DNA of 64,000 nt from Octopus bimaculoides (taxonomy: Eukaryota): positions 64,177,023-64,241,022 of the forward strand of contig NC_068990.1 in the NCBI RefSeq assembly GCF_001194135.2, in the 5' to 3' direction. The position numbers and the translations under genes were made by a program. This document shows, one piece after another, positions 25,279 through 38,500 of the stretch. The notes under the pieces are model-generated. The model was not told where the DNA came from. It did no database searches and saw only the letters and a list, made by a program, of their open reading frames with translations. Position 1 is the first letter of the stretch; each line of letters starts with the position of its first letter.

Positions 25279-26568
25279 TATGGTCTGATCAATAAGTATC
25301 CAGACTGTTGCTATAGTAACAAAGCTAAGGCACACCGAATAAAAACTGTTTGGTACAGATTGACTTTGAACTCTGTTGTGCATGTGCACTAAATTTTAAC
25401 ATTCTATCTCACTTCCACTGTTTACAGCAGTACTTGGAAGGAACATGTGTAGCATGTGATCATCACATTGACCATGACAGAGAAAGTTGAGCAGAGAATC
25501 TGCATCAAATTTTGCCATAATCCTGGCGATACCTGATCAGAGGCTTATGCAAAGTTGCAGAAAATGTATGGAGAGAAGTGTGTGAGTCACACTCAAGTGT
25601 ACGAGTGGTTCAGATGTTCTCAAGATTGTTGAAAAAATGTCAATAATGACGAACATTCTGGAAGACTCACAACCAGCAGGAAAACATCACAGATGTGCAT
25701 GTAGCTATGTGGGGAAATCGTTGAATCACTATTCGTGAGTTACCAAAGAATGTGCAGATTAGTTTATGGTTCAGTTCAGTCCATTATCACTGAAGATTTG
25801 GCTATGAGACGTGTGTCTGCCAAGTTTGTGCCAAAACTTCTTTCAGCAGATCAAAAAGAAACTCGGGTTTCAGTTGCCCAAGATTTCTTTGACTGTGTCG
25901 AGAATGATGAAAACTTTTTGAAAACAGTCGTAATGGGTGATTAATCGTGGGACTATGACTCTGAAATAAAGGCTCAGTCTATGCAGTGGAAGACCCCCAA
26001 ACTCTCTGAGAGCAAAGAAAGTATGAATGAGTCGAAGCAATTTGAAGACACTGTTGACTGTTTTTGTCAGCTACAAGGGGATTGTTCATCATGAGTATGC
26101 TCCACCTGGTCAGACTGTAAACAAGGAATACTACTGCAACGTTTTGCAGGATGCTATTTGTTGGAAAAGGCCACAATTGCATGCATCTGGTGGGTGGCAA
26201 TTGCACCATCACAATGCACCTCCCCATTCAGCAGCAGTTTTTGGCTAGGCACAGCATTCCTCAGGTCTGACAGCAACCATATTCCCCAGCTCTTGCCCCT
26301 TGTAACTTTTTTCTCTTTCCAAAACTCAAATCCTGTTTGAAAGGAAAAAGATTTCAGGACATTGAGGAAATCAAAGTGAATGCAACGAGGCAGCTGCTGA
26401 TTATCCCAGAAAACGATTTCCAGGAATGCTTCCATCAATGGAAACAGCTTTGGATTAAGTGTGTGGCTTCCAAAGGGGATTACTTTGAAGGAGATTAAAT
26501 GCCAGATTGCTACATGTTGTAGCTTTGTTTTTATAGCACCAGTCCAAATACTTATTGGTCAGACTTCA
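25279..26568 (+). mobile_element. Full-length (~1.29 kb) decayed mariner; transposase pseudogene 25474-26498
   Basis: TA-flanked ~37-bp imperfect TIRs. MTEKVEQRICIKFC, RRVSAKFVPKLL, VMGD*SW, HHNAPPH, YSP.LAP, GDYFEGD*. Multiple stops and frameshifts. Confidence 0.9.
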
Positions 26569-26807
26569 TACTTCTGAAAGAAATATTAGTTGAATACAGA
26601 GCAGTAATAACAAAATGAGATGACAAAGGAATAAACAATTGTCTTATGAACTTCATTAGCTTACAGCTGTTTCTGCTATAAAATGCAGTGAAGTCATAGT
26701 TGAGTGCCTGGAGTCCACTGCATCTAATAGTAGAAACCGTTGTAAGCTAATGACGTTCATAATATAATTACTTATTCCTTTTGTCATCTCATTTTCTTAT
26801 ATACAGG

Positions 26808-26841
<34 letters not shown>

Positions 26842-26861
26842 ATGTATGTATGCATGTATAC

Positions 26862-26897
<36 letters not shown>

Positions 26898-27628
26898 CAT
26901 GTATACAATGTGTGTGTGTATGTGCATGTTGTGTGTATAGGAGGAAAGAGATCTAAAATTATGTATTTGTTGGGAAGATATTATTAAGACTAACCAACCA
27001 ACTAACTGATCGTACATGGCATTTCCAATAATAGCTGCTGTATGCGAGACTCAACGGCAATGATGGTGGTGGTGGCTACAGTGGAATGACAATTTTACCA
27101 AACAATGAATATACATGACTGACCATACAGAAATTGAATAGAAGAATCTAAATTCTTCCAATCAAGTCTTTCATAGACTGACTTGTCTTTTTAGTTTTTC
27201 ATCAATTCATTTTGCAACTTACTCCGTCTCTGTCTGTTCTTTAAAATATTTTCTTATGTATTTCCTTTACTACTATACATTCAGAATGAGTAACATGAAA
27301 TATCAAATTTATTGTGCTCAATTAAACAGTGTCTTCACGTTTTAGTCTTTAGCAATGGTATTGGATTGAATTATTCACTTGTAAACATCTTGATATCTTG
27401 CTATTTTCAATCTCCTGACAGTAATTTGGCATTAACGTTCATATTTCATTGTTACGACAACTTAGATATCTGGTGTGCTGTATTCTATGTGAGTTATTTT
27501 ACAGCTATTATCCAAAGTGTTGTATTCTATTTGGATTTGATATCCACTATGCTAAATTCTGTCTGGAAAATTTACGTTAGTTATCCAAAATTGTTTATAA
27601 ACACATGCGTGTCCATGTGTGTGTGTGA

Positions 27629-27659
<31 letters not shown>

Positions 27660-28984
27660 TATAGGTATAGATATAAATATAGATATATAGACAGATAGAT
27701 ATAGATTTGTTTTCTGAGAGTTATTATGCTATTCTCTTCATGTTCAATAGCTAATCCAATATGCGATGTACTCTGCTGGTATTTGCATTTTGCAATTCAA
27801 TATGTCATACTTAAGGAACAATATAAAATGAGTATCAGTGAGATATTGTATAAATGCAAGCTTTATCATGTTTATCCACAAAACTTTTCTTTTGAGGTGG
27901 GGACAAAGGATTAGAGTGTACCCAGAGACTTTACAAACCCTCTGAGACTGAGATTTATGTAGTTAATGTCTTCTTTCAACATGAGTTGACAGTTGCAGAA
28001 GAAACAAAAAACATGGACAAGGAATTCCAGAGAGCTGTGATTCTGAGTGAAGATAGTATGAAACTAACCAACTTTGAGTAGTAGAGGCCACTGTAGAAGT
28101 GGCTGAGCAGAGAGAATGAGGAGACATCATGTTTGTGGGCCAGAGGTTGAAATGTGTGTGTGTGTGAAAGACTCTATGTCAAACAGTATGTTCTTCACAA
28201 AATATAAATGTCACAACTTGTTAAAAATCTCAAGCTTTATACTTTGCTAAAAAGCATTTATCATAAGAGCAGTGATAATGAAGGATTTTACCATAAAAGA
28301 CTCTGTGTTTTGCAAGAACTATATTTCAATGCATAATTGGATTCAAAATCAGATCAGAGGTCAACATGTCATTTCTCTTTTTCTCATTAGTCTTCAAAAT
28401 AATTATCAATAAGTTAATGAAGTGCAATCAGCAGACTTTTTATGCTCTTCAAAATAATTGCATAATGTGCTATGCTGTTAAACGAATTAATTAATTCTGT
28501 ATATAAAAAAAAAAGACTTATTTATTGCTGTTCTAAAGTAAATTTTGGGTGGGGACCCTGACTTAATGAAAGAGAGAAAGAGAGAGAGAAACAGACAGAC
28601 AGATAGACAGACAGTGACAGACAGAGTGTATGTGTTTTTGTCAGTGAAAAGAGGAGTGTGAGTTCAACTTTTTCATGTATTGTTAGATTTAATAAAATCA
28701 AGGTTTCTATGTTCTTCTGACAATATAAACGTATCCATTAATTTCCATCCACTTATAGAGAATCAATGATGCAGAACAATAACTAGGGAATAAAACATAC
28801 TACAAAAACACACAAAAAAAAATAATTAAAACTATCTGATTCTGTATATTATTGACAATCAGACAAAAGTAAATATAACATTAGGTATACTGAAGCTGGT
28901 GTGAATAGAAATAGGTCAAATGGCTGTCCATTGTTTACCAAACATTAATGGGCAGCTGTCTGGTTTATATTCATATATTTGGTA

Positions 28985-29520
28985 TTTTGGCCTAATATAC
29001 ACAAAGGATTTCGGATGTGGAGTCTCATAGAGGCGATGACAAGTGACCAAGACTTTTGGCAGTTTGTCGTGTTTGAGAAGACACATCAAGCTAACTGAAA
29101 TTGTAACCATGGCCAGTGCCAGTGACATATGCAAAGCACTCACATTGGTAACATGTGAGTGGCACCTGTGGCCAGTGACATGCAAAAGGCACCCATGCCA
29201 GCGACACATGAAGAGCACTCGTGCCAGTGACATGCAAGAGTCAATCATGAAAGCACTTGTGCCAGTGATACATAAAAGGCACCTGTGCCGATGACATGTA
29301 AGAGACACACTGTACACTCTGTGGAGTGGTTGGCATAGCAACCAGCCATAGGAACCAAGTCAAAACAGACTAGAGCCTGGTACTGCCCTCTGGCTTACTA
29401 GCTACAGTCAAACCATCTTACCCATGCCGGGATAGAAAACAGGTGTTAAACAGTGATGATGATGATGATGATGATGATGATGGTCATGGTGATGATAATG
29501 ATGAAGATGATGATGATGAC
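28985..29520 (+). mobile_element. RTE-LINE 3' end with short subrepeat array and (GAT)n tail
   Basis: gcgatgacaagtgaccaagacttttggc...gagaagacacatcaagc then gtgccagtgaca units and the standard tail. Confidence 0.75.
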
Positions 29521-29774
29521 TGACTGACTTAAAGAAATTGTCATCTTCTTTCTCCTCCTCATCATTGTTGTTTACCTCTCTTTCCATACTTTCATGGGTG
29601 TAAAGGTTCTTCATCTGCAGAGAGTTTCCTCACTTGATGCAGTTCCTTGTCATCTTCAACATTATGAGATCTGCCTTCATTACATTTGAAATAATTACAG
29701 CCAGCTTTAACCATCACCTATGGATTAGTAGCTATGGACTGCATCAATCTCAGTCTTTTGAGAAGACTCAAGGT

Positions 29775-29975
29775 GGTGAGCTAGCAGAATCATTTGCACA
29801 CCAAACAAAATACTCAGCAGCATTTCGTCCGTCCTTACGTTCTGAGTTCAATTTCCACCAAGGTCAACTTTATCTTTCGTCCTTTCAAGGTCAATAGAAT
29901 AAGTACTAGTTGAACATTGAGATCGATGCAATCGATTTACCCCCAGCCCCCAAAATTGCTGGCCATCTGCCATAA
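29775..29975 (+). mobile_element. SINE family A
   Basis: ggtggtgagctagcagaatc...gagttcaatttccacc. Confidence 0.75.
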
Positions 29976-30589
29976 TTTGAAATCAGAATTTTGAGAAGAT
30001 TTACATGGGTTAGGGCCACTAATCTTTCTTTCTTGATTGACAATATAATGAAGAAGGAAGGTGGTGGGCAACTAAAATCTGGTTGTATGAGAATCCTTCC
30101 AGCAAATATGATTTTTACAATCATCAGGTGAGATATTTACTATTATCAGCCATGAATATCAGTCAACTTTTGGAGAAACCATATACAACATATCTCTCTC
30201 TTTCTCTCTCTCTCTTTTATATATACAACATCCTCTTCAATTTCCATAATGGTAAGTCCAAAAGATAAGAGATTTATTCTAATACACTTTCACTAATGAT
30301 TCCTGTCTACAAGAAATTGAGTTACTTCATTAAAACTTATATTACGCCTGACTAGATCATCATCAGTTTATGAAATGTATGTCTTTTGCAAAGTTCCTGC
30401 AGCTTAAGCCTCTGTAACTTGACTTTTGTAATTTAAAAGAGTGACCAGCGCTATATTAGTTCTTTTGAAAACATCCATTTTTGAATGTAAATTGCTACCA
30501 GCTAGGAAACTCTTCACTCTTGCAATTAGTTGTTCATTATTTATTCTATTTGGAAAATAGACTCCGTGTACTGGCAGAAATCAGCGTAA

Positions 30590-30765
30590 GCACAGGCATG
30601 ACTGTATAGTAAGAAGCTTGTTTCCCAACCACATGGTTTCAGGTTCAGTCCCACTGTGTGGCACCTTGGGCAAGTGTCTTCTACTAGAGCCTGAAGCCGA
30701 CTAAAGCCTTCCAAGTGGATTTGGTTGATGGAAACTGAAAGAAGCCAGTCATGTGTGTGTGTGTG

Positions 30766-30796
<31 letters not shown>

Positions 30797-30975
30797 CTCC
30801 CACCATCATTTGACAACCAGTGTTAGTTTGTTTATGACCCCATCAATGAGTGGTTCAGTGAAGAGAGATTGATAAAATAAGTACCAAGCATTAAAAAATT
30901 ATAAATACTGAGGTTGATTCATTCAACTAAAATTTCTTCAAGGCGTAGCCACAGTTTAATGACTGAAACCAATGA
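30590..30975 (+). mobile_element. SINE family B with internal (TG)n
   Basis: Head ggcatgactgtatagtaagaagcttg...ggcaccttgggcaagtgtcttc and conserved tail. Confidence 0.8.
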
Positions 30976-30989
30976 GAGATAAGAGATAG

Positions 30990-31435
30990 GTGATGCAACA
31001 ATTAGTTCCTCAATGATGGTTGAGTTAGCAATAATTAATTTATAGATGATGGTCTCTACTAGCAACAGTTAGTCCATACCTGTTTTAACAATTATTAGTG
31101 ATGATTTGTATTAGCAACAATTAATCCATACATGCTGGTTTATGTTAGCAATAGTCAATACATATATGATAATTTGTGTTGACAGTAATTAGTTCTCATG
31201 TGACTGACTGTGTTAGCAACAATTAGTATTGAGGAGATTGCCTGAATTTGCAACAATTACACAATATGTGATAGTATAAGTTAGCAATAAATATTTCTAA
31301 TGCGATGGCATATGCTGACAGCAATTTCTAATTATTTCATTTGTGATTGTATTTGCAGCAATTAGACAATATGTGATAGTTTGTTTGCAATAAATGTTTG
31401 TTATGTGATGGCCATTGTTAGCAACAATTTCAATC
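30990..31435. repeat. Degenerate 34-bp minisatellite, ~13-14 units
   Basis: Core (gtta)gcaacaatta recurs at 30995, 31028, 31062, 31114, 31148, 31182, 31216, 31250, 31284, 31318, 31355, 31387, 31421. Confidence 0.8.
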
Positions 31436-31439
31436 ACTC

Positions 31440-31522
<83 letters not shown>

Positions 31523-31961
31523 TACATATATAAATGTGCTTTCATATATATACACTACTACACATTCTCATGTCCATACATGCAGAAACTTGTATATTAA
31601 TATATCTGTATATGTGAGTACGTGTGTGGGGGGTGCACATGTGAGTGTGTAAAGTGAGTTGGCAGAGTTGTTAGAGTGTTGGATGGAACAATTTATGTAT
31701 ATCTCTCAAATCTCTGCACCCTGAGCTCAAATCTTGCTGAGGTCAACGTTGTGTTTCACTCTTTAAAGCGGTTAGTAAAAAAAAAAAAAAGAACAAGTTC
31801 AAGTCAATGGTTAAGTGGGACTGTGAGAGGATCGGGTGAGATGTCTTCTGATATTTGTTTTAGATTTTTACATTCTAATAACAGGAATGCATATGAGGAC
31901 ATTGGTATCAAACTGCATCAACCCAAGGTTGTGGCCATTCTCTTGGATGCACAACACTAGT

Positions 31962-31994
<33 letters not shown>

Positions 31995-32132
31995 AACAAA
32001 CAGAGACTGACAGACAGACAGACTATGCAAGTTCCTTCTCTGAAAATTTTGTCTAGACCTCTACATACATGTTCATCTGCATATGCAGGTCATATACATA
32101 GATATAAACATACATACACATGTATATCTAAT

Positions 32133-32349
32133 GTACTTTTCTACTGTAGGTATAAAGCCCAAAATTCGGGGAGGGGGAGGGGGCCAGTCAATTAGATAAC
32201 CCAGTATGCAACTGGTACTTAATTTATTGACCCCCAAAAGGATGAAAGGCAAAGTGAACCTTCGTGGAATTTGAACTCAGAATGTAAAGACAGACGGGAT
32301 ACCACGAAACATTTCACCTGGTGTGCTAACGTTTCTGCCAGCTTGCTGC
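32133..32349 (-). mobile_element. SINE family A
   Basis: 14-bp TSD catgtatatctaat (32119-32132 / 32350-32363). Confidence 0.85.
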
Positions 32350-32504
32350 CATGTATATCTAATATAATAAATACGGAAACTAATTTCTGTGTGTAAGTGT
32401 GTCACACTTTGATATCCCTCTCTCACTATTCATTGATACTTCTACTATTACTCATACTGGGGTGAGAGTAAAAGTAGGCATAGAGACAGTGAGGGCGGTG
32501 GCGA

Positions 32505-33310
32505 ACAGAGAGAGAGAGAGAGAAAGAAAGAAAAAGAGAGGGAGAGAAAGAAAAAGAGAAGGAAAGAAAGAAAAAGAGGGAGAGAAAGAGAGACAAAGAA
32601 ATTTAGAGAGAGTTGATGGTGGCAGTGGGAATAATAATAAGAGAGAGAGAAAGAGTGAGTATGTGAAAGAAAGATGGGCTGAACAATGAACCAACATACT
32701 AAACAATGATAATGGGGTGATAGTAATAGTATGAGTTGTAGATGTGATAGAACCGAAGGCGGCGGGGGTGATGGTGGTAACCGAGGCAGTCAGGGATGAC
32801 GGTGAGAGTAAGTGATGTGAAAGACAGTGGTGATGGTGGTGGAGGGGAAGGCGACAAAGTCAAAGGTATTGATGGTGGTGGTGTCAGAAGTCTGAATGGC
32901 AGATGTGGTGGCAATGGTGGTGGTACTGTTGTTTATCATGCAGCTTTGCAATAAGTTCCAAGTCAACAAATTATATCATTGTTCTGATGAAAATTGTTCA
33001 TTACTTGAAAGATATTGGTTAAGTATAATAAAATTTAATATGCACTCAATGCATGAAGTGTCATTGTTGGGCCCACGGCCTAATGAAGAGCCTTCCATGG
33101 GAGCTAGCTTAAAAGCCGCCCTATCAGGTGGTTTTAAGCTAATGCATACATATGTATAGACAGACAGACAGACAGACAGGCAGGCAGACAGACAGACAGA
33201 CAGATAGATAGATAGACATATAGGTAGGCAGGATGGCAAGCAGGCTGGTAGGCAGGTAGGTAGGTAGGTAGATAGATAGATAGATAGGCAGACAGACAGA
33301 CAGATAGATA
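32505..33310. repeat. Low-complexity GA-rich, GGT-rich and (GACA)/(GATA)/(GGTA) tetranucleotide tracts
   Basis: Direct inspection. Confidence 0.85.
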
Positions 33311-34104
33311 GATTTTTACCATCCATTTTTCCACACTGGCATGCGAGAGATGGAATTTGTTGAAGTGACACACACACACACACACAGAGTTTTCTCTCGG
33401 TTTACATAAAACTCAATTTCCCTGGTTTCACTTTTTGTATCATTTTGGTTTCGCATTTTTCATTCATTTTACTTTCTTTCTACTTTTTTATGATAATGAG
33501 ATAGACTACATTCTAATTAGCACATAAGTTGGAATATTTTTTAAAAAAATTTTGTTTAATATTTTTCAAACTGAGTAAAATGTTATGCAAGTTAATTTCT
33601 CTAAAAATGAAACTTAAGGTCACTGTATCAACTCAAAAATAGAAAAGGTTCAAAAGAAACTGTAAAACATTTTAATAATGAAGTAAAAGACAGAATGTGT
33701 AAAGAAACTAAAGAAATAAATCAGAGCCCATGGTATTGCGCAGACAGCCTTCAAAGTAATTCTATTGAAACCATAGAGAAAGTTGTCTGCTGGATAGAAA
33801 ATAAAACTAATATTATGACAGAAGTCAGATACACACATATATTTTGCATCCACACACATATACATGAATATACACATGCAAATATATAAATCATTTGATA
33901 ATTTCAATAAATAAATTGAATTTATTTTACGAATAATACCGTTAAAGATGTATCTTCTTTGTTTTACAAGGCTTCAAATTTCATGGTGATTTGCAGAAGC
34001 TATATGTAAATTGAAGGACAACAGTGTGTGTGTGTGTGTGTGTGTGTGTGTCTATATATATCCTAGACTTTCCTGTCATTAGATGACATATGAGGGTTTA
34101 GCAA

Positions 34105-34360
34105 TTTCTTGCCAAACAACTACACAAATGATTTGTTTATAGTGATCGAATGTCTGTGTACACATAAGCTCACTCCCTCCATCAAATCGACATTGCCTGT
34201 ACAGGTGCACCGTGTACCACATGTCAGATACAGAAATGATCGCAGAGCAACTTTAAATGAAGTGCTTTGCTCAAGAACACAACAAAACGCCCGGTCTGGG
34301 AACTGAACCCACAATCTCGCAATCAGTGCAGCACCCTAGCCACTTGACTAAGCACCTTCA
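34105..34360 (-). mobile_element. tRNA-headed SINE (family C variant)
   Basis: Homologous to 6290-6520. Confidence 0.7.
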
Positions 34361-34381
34361 TATATATCTATATTCTGGACC

Positions 34382-34548
34382 CACTAGCATAGCTAGAGAG
34401 TGTGCCGCTTAGGGCAGCTCTTCCATTTGCTGCCTCAAGACTCCATAAAATATTCATATTGCCTACACAGGCACAAAAGTGCCACCCCTTTAAAAGTGCC
34501 CGTCTGGGTGGACCACCCCTACTGCCCTTCTTCCCTGCTATGCTAGTG
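34382..34548. mobile_element. Small MITE, probably hAT
   Basis: Perfect 12-13 bp TIR cactagcatagc/gctatgctagtg; 8-bp flanks tctggacc/gctggatc. Confidence 0.7.
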
Positions 34549-34608
34549 GCTGGATCACTGACATCTATAAGTTATTTTCATTCTCGCTCTGTTTATTTTC
34601 TCTAATTC

Positions 34609-34644
34609 CTTTCTGTCGAAGAGCATAGGCTCGAAACGTAAAAG
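34609..34644 (+). ncRNA. Hammerhead-like motif with A6->U core change
   Basis: CUUU-CUGUCGA-A-GAGC(auag)GCUC-GAAAC-GUA^AAAG; stems I and II pair perfectly; core CUGUCGA deviates from CUGANGA. Confidence 0.55.
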
Positions 34645-34755
34645 ACTTTTTCATTTTCCCGAGCATCAAACCAATACACTTGCTTGTAGTTCATACACCT
34701 GTCTTCATCTATTGCTTTTCTATAAATTTCAACAATATATATAATACATATTATC

Positions 34756-35040
34756 TTTTACTATTTCCAGTCATTAGACTGTGGCCATGCTGGGACACTG
34801 CCTTGACGGGTTTTAGTCAAAAAAATCTGGTACTTATTCTATCAGTCGTTTTTGCTGAACCACTAAGTTACAGGGATGTAAACACACTAACACTGGTTGT
34901 CAAGTGGTGGTAGGGGACAAGCACAGATACAAAGATACACACATATATACATGATGCGCTTCTTTCAGTTTCCATCTACCAAATCCACTTGCAAGGCTTT
35001 GGTTGATCCAAGGCTATAGTAGAAGAAAGACACTTGCCCC
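34756..35040 (-). mobile_element. SINE family B, 5'-truncated, capped by an inverted copy of its own tail
   Basis: Reverse complement of family B; see finding. Confidence 0.8.
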
Positions 35041-35788
35041 AGCATGGCCACAGTCTAATGACTGAAACAAGTAAAATATAAAAGAATAACAAGATACAGG
35101 TATACATACACATGCATACAGATATGCACACAAACACACTCACCAACACATACACACACATGCACATGGCATCCAGTTGTCAGGTTGATTCATCGCCAGT
35201 TTAATGTTGCTTAAACATTGAACTGACATCAAGAAATACAAATATTCTCCTCTTGTTGCTATTGTGGGAAATAACAAGCAAAAAAACTGGTACAGAGAAA
35301 CAGAAAGAAAGCAAAGCAGTAAAAAATATTACAACAACCTCCTTACCAATGTAAAATTTATATTTCATTTGCTGTTTTTTCTATGATTTTACTGGAAACA
35401 TCAAAACAAAGAAATGTACATAAAACGATATGTGTAGAAAATAGAATAAATGAGAATAAATGGTTATAGAAAAAAATTAAAGCTAAAATTTATTTATTTC
35501 AAAATTTATCAAGAACAGAAAAAAATGGCAACTAAAAATTTAAGTTATTAAGAAAAAATGTTAAGATATTAAAATTTTATATTATGAGCTATTCTTTGAA
35601 AGAAATTTAATTTTTGGTTCAAAATTACAATTGTCTATCACATTTCTAGTGTGCTTGTTGATATATCTGCATATCATCTTTTTTGCCCGTTTCATCTTGC
35701 TAGATATATTTTTGCAGTTTAGGTGTGAACATCACTTTCTTTGTAATGGAAGTAAATGTTTTGTTAGTTTGTTTATATATATATATAT

Positions 35789-36397
35789 NNNNNNNNNNNN
35801 NNNNNNNNNNNNNNNNNNNNNNNNNNNNNNNNNNNNNNNNNNNNNNNNNNNNNNNNNNNNNNNNNNNNNNNNNNNNNNNNNNNNNNNNNNNNNNNNNNNN
35901 NNNNNNNNNNNNNNNNNNNNNNNNNNNNNNNNNNNNNNNNNNNNNNNNNNNNNNNNNNNNNNNNNNNNNNNNNNNNNNNNNNNNNNNNNNNNNNNNNNNN
36001 NNNNNNNNNNNNNNNNNNNNNNNNNNNNNNNNNNNNNNNNNNNNNNNNNNNNNNNNNNNNNNNNNNNNNNNNNNNNNNNNNNNNNNNNNNNNNNNNNNNN
36101 NNNNNNNNNNNNNNNNNNNNNNNNNNNNNNNNNNNNNNNNNNNNNNNNNNNNNNNNNNNNNNNNNNNNNNNNNNNNNNNNNNNNNNNNNNNNNNNNNNNN
36201 NNNNNNNNNNNNNNNNNNNNNNNNNNNNNNNNNNNNNNNNNNNNNNNNNNNNNNNNNNNNNNNNNNNNNNNNNNNNNNNNNNNNNNNNNNNNNNNNNNNN
36301 NNNNNNNNNNNNNNNNNNNNNNNNNNNNNNNNNNNNNNNNNNNNNNNNNNNNNNNNNNNNNNNNNNNNNNNNNNNNNNNNNNNNNNNNNNNNNNNNN
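35789..36397. other. Assembly gap (609 N) within (TA)n
   Basis: N run. Confidence 1.
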
Positions 36398-36462
<65 letters not shown>

Positions 36463-36475
36463 ATATTATATTATG

Positions 36476-36512
<37 letters not shown>

Positions 36513-36949
36513 TTATATTATATTATATTATATAGATATGACAAAAGAATGCAATAAATGGTAAGACACTGGGTTGAAAGGACTCATCTAACCCATTCAA
36601 TCTATATCACAGTATGAAAAGCCTCACCACCAAGGTTGTAAATGCTCCCTTTACTTTAAGATAATTAATAGTAATTTTGGGGAAGAAACAGGAATGTAAA
36701 CTGTTGTATCACATGTTCCACGTACGACATAACAGAATAGTAATAATAATGTCCTTACAAAGATACTGGTAATAACCCTCATCTATACACAACTCTCGAT
36801 TTTACTCTGCTGGGGTTCTCTGCATATGTCCATTTATATTGTGGCACAGTCCATTAGGAGCCAACCATAGTGGTGTTCTGCTTCCACACAACATAAACAA
36901 GCAGCACAACTCTGGTGTAATGTGATTAGATGAGCTACAGCACTAAAGA

Positions 36950-37420
36950 ATACCAACAATGTTGAACAGGAATAGTAGCCTCTTCTGGACATGCAATAAA
37001 TAGATCACAGTTTGTATTGAAAGCTAAGTCTTTGCTATCCAAGAACAAGAGAAAGCTACTAAATACCTGATCAAGAGATAAGGATCTTCTAGGCTTGTCA
37101 CACTGTCTCAGAAAATGGTTGGTTGTGTCATACCTGTACTGAAGGTATTACCTGTCTCATCTGCGGCCATCTAGAAATTATCCACAAGCCACTACCTTCC
37201 TATGAGATACGACATTATCATTAAAATTTTCATGCTACACACAGGAAGGATTTACTCAACGACCATAGCAAAGGCATGCTAGAACCAAAATGTATTTACA
37301 TGTTTCAAGATAGAATATTAGTAGAACTTTCCAATAAAAGCAGCATCCAACGTAAGCACTATAGGCCAGACAAACAGAAAATGTAATGCACTGTTTCAGA
37401 AGCCAGTTGCCTTGTGGACA
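36950..37420 (+). mobile_element. R4/Dong-like LINE remnant (zinc-knuckle/RLE region)
   Basis: YLPMRYDIIIK and KHYRPD peptides in degraded frames. Confidence 0.5.
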
Positions 37421-37528
37421 TGGATGTTTCATCAAGAATTGGGAAAAAGGGGAATATCTATGTGCAGGAGTTTGTGAGGAAGCACCAGCTCTTATATATT
37501 TTCATTTATACCTATTATCATAGACTGT

Positions 37529-37868
37529 GAAGGCACATGGCTCAGTAGTTAGAGTATCAGGCTCACAATCATAAGGTAATGAGTTCAATTCTTGGACTAG
37601 GCTGTGTGTTGTGTTATTAAGCAAGACACTTTATTTCATGTTGATCCAGTTCACTCAGCTGTAGAAAGGAGTTTCAGTGTCACTGGTGTCAAGCTGTATT
37701 GGCCTTTGCCTTTCCCTTGGATAACATCAGTGGCATGGAGAGGGGAGGCTGGTATGCATGGCGACTGCTGGTCTTTCATAAACAACCTTGCCTGAACTTG
37801 TACCTCAGCGGGTAATTTTCTAGATGCAGTTTCATGGTCATTCATGACCGAAGGGGTTTTTTACCCCT
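37529..37868 (+). mobile_element. SINE family C
   Basis: gaaggcacatggctcagtagttagag...gagttcaattc; gtgttattaagcaagacacttta; tail ggtcattcatgaccgaagggg. Confidence 0.8.
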
Positions 37869-38414
37869 TTGCTTTCTTTTTTTACTTGATTGCATAACAG
37901 ATCTACATAAAAACCTAGAAATGCTGGGGTTCTCAAAAAGGAAAAGGAGCAGAGCCAAGTGATTGACATCTCCAAATACAGAGGAATTTCGGTTTGCAAA
38001 TGACAGGTTTTTGAACATAAAATATCTCAGACAAGAAACAGTATCTTGAGTAATGAACATACAAGCTAGCAACAATGGTTGGCAACAAACTGGGAGTATC
38101 AGAGAGAAAGAATCAGTTGCTTTCTAGCTTTTGCTCAGTGCACATCTCTGCTCAAATTTGCCATGCTTTCTCTTGAATTTCCTATGCGAAAAAGAGTTTT
38201 GGTTTACAAGCACTTCAGCTAATGAATGGCCTTCAGGAACAAATTAAATTTGTAAAGTGAGGTTCCAGTATACAATCAATGATAGATACAGTGAAAATTT
38301 TGTAGAGTATCCCATCAACCCTTTCTATGTAAAGTTCCTGGGCTGAAAACATGTAAACAATCACACATACATATGGAATACACTCGCTATACAAGTGCAA
38401 GTTTATCTAGATGT

Positions 38415-38500
<86 letters not shown>

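Noticed and set aside
30990-31435. CRISPR-like repeat-spacer pattern (also the 66-bp arrays at 22336-22700 and 59030-59270)
   Set aside because: Linkers are homologous to each other, the repeats are degenerate, there are no cas genes, and the context is eukaryotic intron or LINE UTR
35631-36564. Long ORFs of 279-308 aa (also 61339-62466, 375 aa)
   Set aside because: They run through N gaps, so their length is an artefact
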